A stretch of 64,000 nt of DNA from Desulfobulbaceae bacterium (GTDB lineage: Bacteria > Bacteroidota > Ignavibacteria > Kapaibacteriales > UBA2268), in NCBI GenBank assembly GCA_018335795.1, contig JAGXRP010000006.1, positions 22,129 through 86,128 of the forward strand. The letters are read 5' to 3'. Positions 11,258-20,848 of the stretch are shown here, piece after piece. The first letter of the stretch is position 1. The number at the start of each line of letters is the position of its first letter. The notes under the pieces were generated by a model. The model had not been told where the DNA came from and searched no databases. It saw only the letters and a list, made by a program, of their open reading frames with translations. The translations under genes were made by a program, and so were the position numbers.

Positions 11258-11704
11258 TCAATTAAAAATGATTATTTCTTCGTTGTAATAGCTTGTGTCA
11301 TTCATTGACCAATCTACTTTTACTTTCCAAAGCCCTTTGTTGAATGATTCGGTATTTATGATTTGAATCATTTCATCATTTGGTTGAATCGGGATTTTCA
11401 CATCTAGCTTTGAGTTATCGGGTCGGAACATCAAAATTGAGCCGGAAATAGGATAATTCAATGAATCCGGATATTTCAGGACGACTTTATTTTCGATATT
11501 CGATATGATGATTTGCTCCTTGAGAGCTTTCGTTCGCATAACTTTGTCAATTTGCTTCTGGAAAACAAGGTCATGGTCATAATAATTTTCGACAACCAAA
11601 TCTACTTTATCTTGAGAAACATACACAACTAATGATACAAGTAACACTACAAAAGTGATATAAAATGCTGTTACAGCAAAAGCCCAATTTCCATATATTT
11701 TCAT
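11258..11704 (-). CDS. ccoH: FixH/CcoH-like cbb3 oxidase assembly protein
   Basis: 148 aa with an N-terminal TM helix then a periplasmic domain, located directly after ccoG. Confidence 0.6.
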   Translation of the reverse strand: MKIYGNWAFAVTAFYITFVVLLVSLVVYVSQDKVDLVVENYYDHDLVFQKQIDKVMRTKALKEQIIISNIENKVVLKYPDSLNYPISGSILMFRPDNSKLDVKIPIQPNDEMIQIINTESFNKGLWKVKVDWSMNDTSYYNEEIIIFN

Positions 11705-11717
11705 ATTTCCATATTCC

Positions 11718-13184
11718 TTATTTCATACCGGGAGCCGGTCCAGTAAAGCCAGTGTTAACAGTTTGAATGAGTTTGTCGTCGGAGTAAACTCCGATTTGTA
11801 TGTTATTTCGAGTTCCGGTCACAAATTTTCGGGGTAATTCTAAAATGAAAGTAGCGTCTGTCAGCCCTTCAGCAGGGACATGGAGATGGTCTTTCCCGAT
11901 AATTTGAATCGTTCCGGGAATATCCATCAATTTCAATGAAAAATCCATAGGTTCGAAAGTCTTGTTGATAATAGTCGCAGTGTAAACGTTGGCTACTCCT
12001 GTTTCGGTATTTTGATACATCGTACCTTTAACTTTCAATATTGTAGCTTCGATATCGCTTCTGTTGAACATCAAATATGCGACTAAGCCAGATAGCAACA
12101 GCAACACAACACTGTAAGCCATAATTCTTGGAGTAAATTTAAACTTGGTGCTTTCGGTAATTTGCAATTCAGAAGCATAGCGAATCAGATTCTTTGGTTT
12201 ATTGACCTTCAACATCACTTCGTCACAAGCATCAATACAAGCAGTACAATTGATACATTCAAGTTGGGTGCCGTTTCGGATGTCAATCCCTGTTGGGCAA
12301 ACTCTGACACAAGCGCCGCAATCTACGCAATCACCTGCATCTTCCGGCATATTCTTCTTGAATTTCATTCGCGGCTCACCACGTTTGAAATCATAAGCAA
12401 CAACAATCGAATTTTTGTCCAAAAGTACAGATTGAAGACGTCCGTAAGGGCAAATAAAAGTACAGGCTTGCTCTCGAAACCACGAAAATATGAAATAGAA
12501 AGCACCTGCAAATAATATCACAAATGCGAAAGAGGTGAAATGCTCCGCCGGTCCTTCGGTCATGTATTTTTGCAACTCATCTATACCAATTATGTAGGAA
12601 AGGAATAAATTACTAAGGATAAATGAAAGCAATATGAAGATTGTTTTCTTCAGCCCCCTTTTAAAAATCTTATTTGCATTCCATCCCGAGCGAGAAAGTG
12701 CCATTTGTTGCTTGTAATCGCCTTCTATCCAATATTCGATTTTACGGAAAACCATCTCCATAAAAATGGTTTGAGGGCAAGCCCAACCGCACCATATTCG
12801 CCCGTAAACTGCAGTAAAGAGGACTACAAACACAATGAGAGCCAGAAATGCAAGTGCGAAAATATAAAAATCTTGGGGCCAAAAAACGATACCAAAGATG
12901 ATAAATTTACGTTCAAAAATATCAAGAATCATGAATGGCCTGCCACCAACTTTTATGAAAGGTAGAACAAACATAAAAATCAATAAAAAGACAGCTACGA
13001 CGGAGCGCCATTTAGTATAATCGCCTTTCGGCTTTTTGGGATAAATCCAAATTCGGTTTCCTTTTTTATCAATGTTAGATACTCTATCCCTAAAGGAAAC
13101 TCCGGTTTCTGTTATTAGCTTATCAGAATCTTCGGGGTTTACAGCTTCACTACCAAACTGTTTCAACTCTTTAAAATCAGTCAT
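11718..13184 (-). CDS. ccoG: CcoG/FixG cbb3 oxidase accessory protein (polyferredoxin-like membrane protein)
   Basis: Two 4Fe-4S motifs CVDCGACVRVCP and CINCTACIDACD, about 5 TM helices and a C-terminal periplasmic domain. Length is 488 aa. Confidence 0.85.
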   Translation of the reverse strand: MTDFKELKQFGSEAVNPEDSDKLITETGVSFRDRVSNIDKKGNRIWIYPKKPKGDYTKWRSVVAVFLLIFMFVLPFIKVGGRPFMILDIFERKFIIFGIVFWPQDFYIFALAFLALIVFVVLFTAVYGRIWCGWACPQTIFMEMVFRKIEYWIEGDYKQQMALSRSGWNANKIFKRGLKKTIFILLSFILSNLFLSYIIGIDELQKYMTEGPAEHFTSFAFVILFAGAFYFIFSWFREQACTFICPYGRLQSVLLDKNSIVVAYDFKRGEPRMKFKKNMPEDAGDCVDCGACVRVCPTGIDIRNGTQLECINCTACIDACDEVMLKVNKPKNLIRYASELQITESTKFKFTPRIMAYSVVLLLLSGLVAYLMFNRSDIEATILKVKGTMYQNTETGVANVYTATIINKTFEPMDFSLKLMDIPGTIQIIGKDHLHVPAEGLTDATFILELPRKFVTGTRNNIQIGVYSDDKLIQTVNTGFTGPAPGMK

Positions 13185-13209
13185 TATTTAGCTTCTTTAT
13201 AAATTGCGG

Positions 13210-13782
13210 CTATTGCTCCCAAAGTTCGCCTTGTGGAGCTTTAGCATTTGCCGGTTGTGTACCTTTCAAAGTCAGAATATAACTTGCTACCAATTGCACT
13301 TCTTCAGGCGTCAGTAATGGTTTCCAAGAAATCATCCCTTTTTCGGGGACTCCGTTAATTATGACGTTCATCGTATTTTCAATTCCACCACCATGTATGT
13401 AATAATTGTCAGTAACATTTGGACCAATGCCACCTTCGCCATTAGCACCGTGACATGATACGCAATTTTTAATATATATTGCTTTGCCTTGCTCCAAAGC
13501 ATCATTATCGGTGATTGGGACATATGCAATAGCAGCCCATTTTTCGTTCATTTGCTGAATTAGACGCATAGCATCTGCGGAACCGGTATTGAATTCGGCT
13601 AAATACTCTTCATGTTGACTTGGTCCTATCTCGGCGATGTTATAGTAAAAAAAATAGCCTATACCCCAAATTACTGTCAGAATAAAAAGCCATACCCACC
13701 ATTTAGGTAGTGGATTATCGTACTCGAGAATACCGTCATAATTATGTTCTAATAATTTGTCTTCAGTTTGTGACATTTTCAT
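13210..13782 (-). CDS. ccoP: cbb3-type cytochrome c oxidase subunit III (CcoP), short monoheme form
   Basis: N-terminal signature YDGILEYDNPLPKWWVWLF with a TM helix, and a single CVSCH heme motif. Confidence 0.75.
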   Translation of the reverse strand: MKMSQTEDKLLEHNYDGILEYDNPLPKWWVWLFILTVIWGIGYFFYYNIAEIGPSQHEEYLAEFNTGSADAMRLIQQMNEKWAAIAYVPITDNDALEQGKAIYIKNCVSCHGANGEGGIGPNVTDNYYIHGGGIENTMNVIINGVPEKGMISWKPLLTPEEVQLVASYILTLKGTQPANAKAPQGELWEQ

Positions 13783-13969
13783 CTCCTGATTTATTTTCGT
13801 TTAAAGTGTCATCAGAATCAAGTGGCAATAAGCCCATGTAATTTATAAATTTCTTATCTAACCTGTACGCCATTATAAAAACTGCTACAAAGAAAGTAAA
13901 AAAGAACAATAAAGTAAACGTAGGCAGAAGTTCTATACCTTGTATATTTTGGAAGATTTGTCTGAACAT
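13763..13969 (-). CDS. ccoQ: CcoQ-like small membrane subunit of cbb3 oxidase
   Basis: 68 aa from the ATG at 13969, preceded by AGGAGG 7 nt upstream, with a single TM helix (LLPTFTLLFFFTFFVAVFIMAY). The track ORF (to 14056) extends 5' into ccoNO by 77 bp and is judged an artefact. Confidence 0.5.
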   Translation of the reverse strand: MFRQIFQNIQGIELLPTFTLLFFFTFFVAVFIMAYRLDKKFINYMGLLPLDSDDTLNENKSGDENVTN

Positions 13970-13979
13970 CACGCCCTCC

Positions 13980-16151
13980 TTATGGTTTGCTGAAAATTGG
14001 TTTACTTTCGCCCTTGATATCAGTGCCCAATCTTTGCAAATAAGCAATGAGAGCAATGATTTCCTTATCGTATGTGGTTTCGATTCCCGAAATTTTCAAA
14101 TCTTCAACAATTTCCATAGCTTGAGTTTGAACATCAATATATGCTACATTATCATATCCGTGAGGATATGGGAAATTAAGTGTCATAAGTGCTCTAATTT
14201 TATTAGAAGTATGCGAAGTATCTAAGGAATTTTCAAGTAACCAAGGATAACGTGGCATAATCGAGCCCGGTGCAATAGATTGTGGGTCATACATGTGCTG
14301 ATAGTGCCAAGCATGAGGATATTTGCCGCCAATTCTGTGCAAATCAGGTCCCGTGCGTTTTGAACCCCATTGGAATGGAGTATCGTAAACAAATTCGCCG
14401 GCTTTTGAGTATTCGCCATAGCGTTCAGTCTCGTTTCTAAATGGACGAATCATTTGTGAGTGGCATAAATAGCACCCTTCGCGGATGTAGATATCGCGTC
14501 CGTGCAATTCAAGTGGAGTATATGGCTTAACGCTTGTAATTGTCGGTACGTTCGACTTGATTACTTGCATTGGTACAATTTCAAAGATACCACCTACTAA
14601 AATCACGATAAGCGATGCAATCAAAAACGGCATTGGTTTACCTTCTAACCATCTGTGGTTGACTTTTTCGTTATGTGAAGATACCATTGCAGGAGCCTTG
14701 AAAGTTTCCTCAGCCATGAATGTACCGCGTTTCATTGTCATAATCAAATTATACAACATGACAATTGCACCTGTCAAGAACAATGTGCCGCCTAAAGCTC
14801 TGATAGCATACATTGGAACTAAGTGAGTCACAGTTTCGAGGAAATTGCGATACATTAAAAACCCATCGGGAGAGAATTGTTTCCACATCAAACCTTGTGT
14901 GATACCTGCCCAATATAATGGTGCAGCATAAATCAAAATACCCAAGAATCCAATCCAAAAATGCAAGTTTGCCAGTTTTTTTGAATACAAATCGGTTTTC
15001 CACATTTTCGGTATTATCCAATACAAAATGGCAAAAGTGAGCATACCGTTCCAACCTAAAGCACCTACATGGACATGGGCTATTGTCCAATCTGTAAAGT
15101 GCGACAGTGCATTGAAACTTTTAATCGAAAGCATAGGACCTTCGAATACAGCCATACCATATGCCGTGATTGCAACAACCATAAATTTCAGTATAGGGTC
15201 TTCACGAACTTTGTCCCAAACTCCTCGGAGAGTAAGCAAACCATTAATCATTCCGCCCCATGACGGTGCAATAAGCATTATCGAGAATACAGTACCAAGC
15301 GATTGAACCCAATCCGGTGTAGATGAATACAGTAAATGGTGTGGTCCCGCCCAAATATATAAGAAAATTAATGACCAAAAATGAATAATCGAAAGTCTGT
15401 ATGAATATACCGGACGATTTGCGGCTTTGGGGAGAAAATAATACATAAGCCCCAAAAATGGTGTTGTCAAGAAAAATGCAACAGCATTATGACCATACCA
15501 CCACTGAACCAATGCATCTTGCACACCTGTATATATTGGATAGCTCGAAAGCAATGAATATGGAATTACTAAAGAATTAACTATATGCAATACTGCAACT
15601 GTCACCCATGATGCAATGTAGAACCAAATTGCTACATACATGTGACGTTCGCGTCTTTTGATTAAGGTCATCAACATATTGATACCAAAAATCACCCAAA
15701 CAACTGCAACAGCAACATCAATGGGCCAAATCAATTCAGCATATTCTTTGCCTTGAGTTAATCCCAATGGAAAGGTAACCGCAGCAGAGACAATAATCAA
15801 TTGCCAACCCCAGAAGTGCAATTTACTGAGTAAGATGCTCCACATCGGAGCTTTAGCAAGTCGTGGCAATGAGTAATAAACACCCATGAATATTGCGTTA
15901 CCAACAAATGCAAATATTACTGCATTTGTATGTAATGGGCGAAGTCTGCCAAAGGAAAGATATGATATTCCCACATCGAGAAAGGGAAAATATGCCGGCG
16001 CAAACATTTGAATTGCTATAATCAAGCCCACAAGAAAACCCACAATACCCCAAATAATCGTTGCCCAAGCAAAATTGCGGACTATTACATTATCATAGCT
16101 GAAGGTTTCGAGGTCTTTGGGGTTAACTGAAACGGTAGAATCATTACTCAT
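13980..16151 (-). CDS. ccoNO: cbb3-type cytochrome c oxidase fused subunits I+II (CcoN-CcoO fusion)
   Basis: 723 aa. The N-terminal ~480 aa is a 12-TM heme-copper oxidase subunit I. The C-terminal part carries a TM helix plus CcoO monoheme motif REGCYLCHSQMIRPF. Confidence 0.9.
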   Translation of the reverse strand: MSNDSTVSVNPKDLETFSYDNVIVRNFAWATIIWGIVGFLVGLIIAIQMFAPAYFPFLDVGISYLSFGRLRPLHTNAVIFAFVGNAIFMGVYYSLPRLAKAPMWSILLSKLHFWGWQLIIVSAAVTFPLGLTQGKEYAELIWPIDVAVAVVWVIFGINMLMTLIKRRERHMYVAIWFYIASWVTVAVLHIVNSLVIPYSLLSSYPIYTGVQDALVQWWYGHNAVAFFLTTPFLGLMYYFLPKAANRPVYSYRLSIIHFWSLIFLYIWAGPHHLLYSSTPDWVQSLGTVFSIMLIAPSWGGMINGLLTLRGVWDKVREDPILKFMVVAITAYGMAVFEGPMLSIKSFNALSHFTDWTIAHVHVGALGWNGMLTFAILYWIIPKMWKTDLYSKKLANLHFWIGFLGILIYAAPLYWAGITQGLMWKQFSPDGFLMYRNFLETVTHLVPMYAIRALGGTLFLTGAIVMLYNLIMTMKRGTFMAEETFKAPAMVSSHNEKVNHRWLEGKPMPFLIASLIVILVGGIFEIVPMQVIKSNVPTITSVKPYTPLELHGRDIYIREGCYLCHSQMIRPFRNETERYGEYSKAGEFVYDTPFQWGSKRTGPDLHRIGGKYPHAWHYQHMYDPQSIAPGSIMPRYPWLLENSLDTSHTSNKIRALMTLNFPYPHGYDNVAYIDVQTQAMEIVEDLKISGIETTYDKEIIALIAYLQRLGTDIKGESKPIFSKP

Positions 16152-16354
16152 TCACCTACTCCATCTTTTAATTTTACATTATTTATGTTTTCATCATTTA
16201 AAATGCGTAGCGAAGGTGTGTAAGTATCATCAAATTGTTCATTTTTGACTGCCCATAGAAATGAAACCAAAAAAACTATGGCTACAAATAGTGATGCGCT
16301 CATCAAAATAATTACAACTGACATTACAAACCTATAAAAATTTAATATATTCAA
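16148..16354 (-). CDS. ccoS: CcoS/FixS-like cbb3 oxidase maturation protein
   Basis: 68-aa protein with one TM helix, immediately upstream of ccoNO with a 4-bp overlap and downstream of the Cu-ATPase. Confidence 0.55.
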   Translation of the reverse strand: MNILNFYRFVMSVVIILMSASLFVAIVFLVSFLWAVKNEQFDDTYTPSLRILNDENINNVKLKDGVGE

Positions 16355-16481
16355 TAAGCCAAATGCAAATACAATAAATCACAATGCAAATTTTCAATTT
16401 TTAAATGTATCATTTTAAGATGAACTATGCAATTTTGTTTTATCAATTTGTAACCAAAATGTAAAAAAAATTTCGAAATAG

Positions 16482-18899
16482 CTATATCTTTCGAAATAAC
16501 CTATAATCCTTCAAGTATGCCGAACCTACAGTTAATGCTATAACACTTATCGAACTGACGGGCATCAAAATCGCTGCTATCAAGGGTGACAGAAGCCCTT
16601 GAACTGCAAAATAGAACCCGATACTATGATAAACAAAGGACAAAATATAACTCAACTTCACAATGGTGACACCATTTTTTGCGAGTTCAAATAATTTTGT
16701 AAGATTTGGAAGTTCCTCTGCCATCAAAATAGCGTCAGATCCAGGTGTAAAGTTGGAATGTTGCTCAGAAACTGCAATCCCAACATCGCTTTGATTTAAT
16801 GCACCGGCATCATTCAGTCCGTCTCCAATCATTATAACTTTTTTGCCCGATTGTTGGAGATTCGAGATGTATTCTAATTTTTCAGCCGGAAGCATGTTGA
16901 ATTGCATTTTGGCTTTGTTGGAGGTCAGTGTTTGCAGATAATTTCTCTCAGAATCATTATCTCCTGATAAAATATAAATTTCATGCTTTTTCTGCAGTTC
17001 ATCAAAAAGTGATTTTAAACCGTGCCTGTATGATGAATTGATAGCAAAAAACCCGGAGAAAACGCCATTAATGGCTACATATACACGTGACTCAGCATTG
17101 AACTCGCCCAAATTATCGTCAGAATCAGATGCGAATTTAACATTACTCTCAAGAAGCCAAGCTTTACTACCAAGCAAAATTGAATTGTTCCCTACATATG
17201 CCATCAAACCTTTGCCAGCAACTTCATCATAATCATCAACTATGACAGTTTCGCAATTAAGATGATTGAAAATCATATTACTCAATGGGTGTGTCGAGTT
17301 TTTTACAATAGATTTGATTGCAATTTGCTTATCAATATCGAGCGGAATACCATTGAAACTGATTTCTGATTTATTCAACTCCGTCAACGTGCCGGTTTTA
17401 TCAAATACTATTAAATCGGCGGAAGTAATGTATTCGACAATTTTATCCGTTTTCAAGAATAATTTTCGCTTCCCAAGTAATCGCATTGTTGTGCCGTATG
17501 AAAACGGAATAGAAAGTGCAATGGCACAAGGGCAGGCAATGATTAAAACTGCAGTAATAGCATTCATGGCGATTGTCATATCTTTGGGAATCCAAAAGAT
17601 TGCGGTTGCAGAAGCTATTAACAAAACGACTGCCGTAAAGTATTTTGCTGCCGTATTTGATAAGTTTGAGATGGTTGATTCTTTTTGCTTTCCGAATAGC
17701 TTGGAATTCCAAAGCTCTGTCAAATAGCTGCTTGAAAATTTTTTCAATACGCGAATATTTATAAGACTTCCTTTGTGTTTGCCACCGGCGAAAATTTTGT
17801 CATTTTTTACGACTGTAATTGGTGATGATTCGCCTGTAACGAAACTATAATCAATCAATGCTGATTCGCTTTCCAGAATTGAATCCGCAGGAATTAGTTC
17901 ATCATGCCTAATAGAAAGCAAATCACCCGGTACAATTTGGTTGACAGCAATAGATATGTCTTTTCCATTATCAGTTTTGATTACGGACAGTGGAAAATAG
18001 GATTTGAAATCGCGATTAAATGATAAATTATGGTAAGTTTTTTGTTGGAATAGCTTTCCCAATAAAAGGAAAAAAACTAAACCTGTGAGCGAATCAATGA
18101 AACCCGAATCTGCTGTGAATAAAATATCGTAAACACTTCGTAGAAATAGTACCAAAATCCCTAAGCTCAAGGGCACATCAATATTAACAGTCTTCATTTT
18201 CAATCCGTGCCATGCTCCCTTGAAATAATCGCTTGCGGCATACATAACGGGAAGACTAAGCAATATCGAGATGTAGCCCATATATGTACGAATATCGCTT
18301 TGGATATTTCCACCGGATAAATATTCAGGAATTGCCATCAACATGATATTACCAAAAGCAAAGCCCGCAATACCCAATTTGATATATAATGCCCTGTTGT
18401 GAGCAATCTTTTTCGGCTGTTCGATATTCGACAAATTTAGAGTCGGGCGATAACCTAATAGTGTGAGCAATTCCACAATCTTGCGAAGTGAAGTTTTTTG
18501 GTTATCAAATGTGATGCTGACTTCTTTTCGTAAGAAATTTACATTTGATTCAAGCACGCCATTTTCCAATAGGTGGATGTTTTCGATGAGGTACAAACAG
18601 GCACTACAATAGATTTGAGGCAAAAAGAAAATCACTTTTGAGCGATTTTTGATATTATATTTCAAAAGTTTTTCTTCGATTGATTTATCATCAAGGAAGG
18701 AAAATTCATCTTTGTCAAATTTGGATTTTGTATCTGAACCGGTTCGGGCTTCTTCGTAAATTTTTGTCAAATCATTGTCCGAAAGCAAAATGTGAACAGT
18801 TTTGCATCCATTACAGCAAAAAAATTTATCATCAAGTATAATGGTGTCATCAGGACAAAAATCTCCACAATGATAGCAAATCAATTCATCAGCTTTCAT
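16482..18899 (-). CDS. ccoI: Copper-translocating P1B-type ATPase (CcoI/FixI)
   Basis: N-terminal CYHCGDFCPDD metal-binding region, a CPC motif in TM6 (IIACPCAIALS), DKTGTLT phosphorylation site and the GDGLNDAGAL hinge. Length is 805 aa. Confidence 0.9.
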   Translation of the reverse strand: MKADELICYHCGDFCPDDTIILDDKFFCCNGCKTVHILLSDNDLTKIYEEARTGSDTKSKFDKDEFSFLDDKSIEEKLLKYNIKNRSKVIFFLPQIYCSACLYLIENIHLLENGVLESNVNFLRKEVSITFDNQKTSLRKIVELLTLLGYRPTLNLSNIEQPKKIAHNRALYIKLGIAGFAFGNIMLMAIPEYLSGGNIQSDIRTYMGYISILLSLPVMYAASDYFKGAWHGLKMKTVNIDVPLSLGILVLFLRSVYDILFTADSGFIDSLTGLVFFLLLGKLFQQKTYHNLSFNRDFKSYFPLSVIKTDNGKDISIAVNQIVPGDLLSIRHDELIPADSILESESALIDYSFVTGESSPITVVKNDKIFAGGKHKGSLINIRVLKKFSSSYLTELWNSKLFGKQKESTISNLSNTAAKYFTAVVLLIASATAIFWIPKDMTIAMNAITAVLIIACPCAIALSIPFSYGTTMRLLGKRKLFLKTDKIVEYITSADLIVFDKTGTLTELNKSEISFNGIPLDIDKQIAIKSIVKNSTHPLSNMIFNHLNCETVIVDDYDEVAGKGLMAYVGNNSILLGSKAWLLESNVKFASDSDDNLGEFNAESRVYVAINGVFSGFFAINSSYRHGLKSLFDELQKKHEIYILSGDNDSERNYLQTLTSNKAKMQFNMLPAEKLEYISNLQQSGKKVIMIGDGLNDAGALNQSDVGIAVSEQHSNFTPGSDAILMAEELPNLTKLFELAKNGVTIVKLSYILSFVYHSIGFYFAVQGLLSPLIAAILMPVSSISVIALTVGSAYLKDYRLFRKI

Positions 18900-20260
18900 T
18901 TAGTATCCGTAATGATGCTTTTGATTTTATCAATTGTTTCATCAATATTAGAATCATTCAATTTTTCGTAAATCAGTCTTATAATAGGCTCCGTGTTTGA
19001 CTTACGGATATGAATCCAAAAGCTATCAGTGTCAATTCTCAATCCATCCTCCAAATTGACCCTAACAGAAGAAATCTCTTCAATAATTCGAGATTTTAAA
19101 TTCTCAAAATTCCCTTCAAAATCAAACTTCAACTTTTTCATTTCATAAGCTGGGAAGTCGTTTGATAGCTCTGATAGGGAGCGATTCGATTGAGCCATTA
19201 AGCCCAAAATCAAGCAAATTCCAACAAGGGAATCACGTCCGTAATGACAATTGGGCAAAATCACACCACCGCTACCTTCCCCACCGATGAGAGCACCAAT
19301 TTCTTTCATTTTGCTAACGACTTTGATTTCACCCACGGGGCATCGTGCAACTTTCCCACCGAATTGGCTTGCAGCCCATTCGGAATATGATGATGTAGAA
19401 AGGTTGACAACAGCAATTTTCTTACTTTCATCGTTAGAAGCACTCATCAGAGATTGAATCGCCAATGCTATTGTCTTTTCTTCGCTTACACATGTTCCGC
19501 TTTCGTCCACAAGAACTAATCTATCGGCATCGGGGTCCACAGCAAAACCTACATCAGCACCGACTTCGGCTACTTTCGCAGAAAGTTCGGTCAAATATTG
19601 AGGGAGCGGTTCGGGAACGTGAGGAAATTCTCCGTTGCCTTCGCAATTGATAGCGATTACTTCGCAGCCAAGAGATTCGAGCAATTTCGGGATGATTACA
19701 CTGCCAGAAGCGTTTACTGCGTCAACGACCACTTTGAATTTGCGAGATTGGATAATTTCCAAGCGTTCAGCAATGTAGCCGCTATTTGTGACTGATTTGA
19801 TATGAAAATCAATTGGCTCAACTTCGGAGAATTTTACTTTAGCTGGATTATTAGAATCGCCTTCAAGAACTCCCGAATCAACTAAATCCCACACTTTTTG
19901 ATTTTCAGTTTCATTCAAAAACACACCGTTTGAATTCAAAAATTTTAAACCGTTCCATTGTTCGGGATTATGCGATGCCGTGATAACGATTCCTGCGTCA
20001 TAATCGAATTTCTCGACCATTAATTGGACTGTTGGAGTTGGTACAATGCCGAGAATGTTACATTCAACGTCGCGTGAAGAAAGGGTCGAAGAAAGAATTT
20101 TTTCAATCCATGCACCTGATGGTCTGCCGTCCCTGCCGACTGCGATTTTTTTGAAATTTGTAGCTTTAGCGAATGCCAAAACATATTTTGCTACCATATC
20201 GGGAGTCATATCATCTCCCAAAGTAGCCCTGATTCCGGAAATAGACCTTACAAAAGACAT
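18896..20260 (-). CDS. glmM: Phosphohexomutase superfamily, most likely phosphoglucosamine mutase
   Basis: GIVITASHNPEQWNGLKF catalytic-Ser motif and a Mg-binding DPDADR-type loop (AVDPDADRLVLVDE). Its stop overlaps the ccoI start (ATGA). Confidence 0.75.
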   Translation of the reverse strand: MSFVRSISGIRATLGDDMTPDMVAKYVLAFAKATNFKKIAVGRDGRPSGAWIEKILSSTLSSRDVECNILGIVPTPTVQLMVEKFDYDAGIVITASHNPEQWNGLKFLNSNGVFLNETENQKVWDLVDSGVLEGDSNNPAKVKFSEVEPIDFHIKSVTNSGYIAERLEIIQSRKFKVVVDAVNASGSVIIPKLLESLGCEVIAINCEGNGEFPHVPEPLPQYLTELSAKVAEVGADVGFAVDPDADRLVLVDESGTCVSEEKTIALAIQSLMSASNDESKKIAVVNLSTSSYSEWAASQFGGKVARCPVGEIKVVSKMKEIGALIGGEGSGGVILPNCHYGRDSLVGICLILGLMAQSNRSLSELSNDFPAYEMKKLKFDFEGNFENLKSRIIEEISSVRVNLEDGLRIDTDSFWIHIRKSNTEPIIRLIYEKLNDSNIDETIDKIKSIITDTK

Positions 20261-20392
20261 TTTATACTTTTTTAATTTTTCAAATTTTGACTGTCACAAA
20301 TATATTGATTTTGAGCGTGACTATGAAAAAGGTAAAATAATGAGTTGAATTAGTAGTTAATAATAATTATTAAAATCAACGACTCAAATTAG

Positions 20393-20836
20393 ATGAAAAA
20401 GATACTCGAATCAGGAATACCGACTACAATAGCAAGAATTATCGTGGGCTACATTTTTTTGACTTACGGAATCGGTAAGATTGCCAATCCTACACTATTT
20501 GTCTCCGAAATTGCGAATTATGACATTGTGCCGAACTTTTCATTAAACATTATAGCATTGATTTTGCCTTGGCTCGAAACAATTTGCGGGGTACTGCTTA
20601 TTACAGGTGTGAAAGTTAGGGCGAATTCTGTAATCACTGCATCAATGATGTTCGTATTTGTATTAGCAGTAGTTGCGGCTATGGCGCGGGGACTTGATAT
20701 CAATTGCGGATGCTCAAGTACAAATCCACAAAAAGTCGGATTACCGAAATTAATCGAGAATTTGGTGCTTTTGGGGCTTTCAATATTCAATATTTACTTT
20801 CCAAAAAGTTGGCTATCATTAGATAAGTTTGATTAA
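20393..20836 (+). CDS. DoxX/MauE family membrane protein
   Basis: 147 aa with 4 TM helices and a DINCGC motif typical of the MauE/DoxX thiol-oxidoreductase-like family. Confidence 0.55.
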   Translation: MKKILESGIPTTIARIIVGYIFLTYGIGKIANPTLFVSEIANYDIVPNFSLNIIALILPWLETICGVLLITGVKVRANSVITASMMFVFVLAVVAAMARGLDINCGCSSTNPQKVGLPKLIENLVLLGLSIFNIYFPKSWLSLDKFD

Positions 20837-20848
20837 AAAGAGTGGTAA

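Noticed and set aside
13958-13970. TTGTCTGAAC decamer at the ccoQ start, matching the trpS repeat core
   Set aside because: Here it simply encodes the MFRQI N-terminus on the opposite strand. A single 10-mer match in 64 kb is within chance expectation (about 0.1), and none of the extended repeat context (ATGATTTATGTGATTT) is present.
13763-14056. 97-aa ORF overlapping the 3' end of ccoNO by 77 bp
   Set aside because: The N-terminal 29 codons lie inside ccoNO in another frame. A downstream ATG at 13969 with an AGGAGG RBS gives a 68-aa CcoQ-like protein starting right after the ccoNO stop, so the feature was trimmed.
17266-17727. 153-aa antisense ORF inside ccoI (with similar long antisense ORFs at 6694-7053 in actB, 12162-12515 in ccoG, 32206-32724 in murF and 34971-35504 in the ybbR-like gene)
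   Set aside because: These lie entirely inside well-supported genes on the opposite strand and have no motifs. They are open frames of the kind expected by chance in AT-rich DNA.
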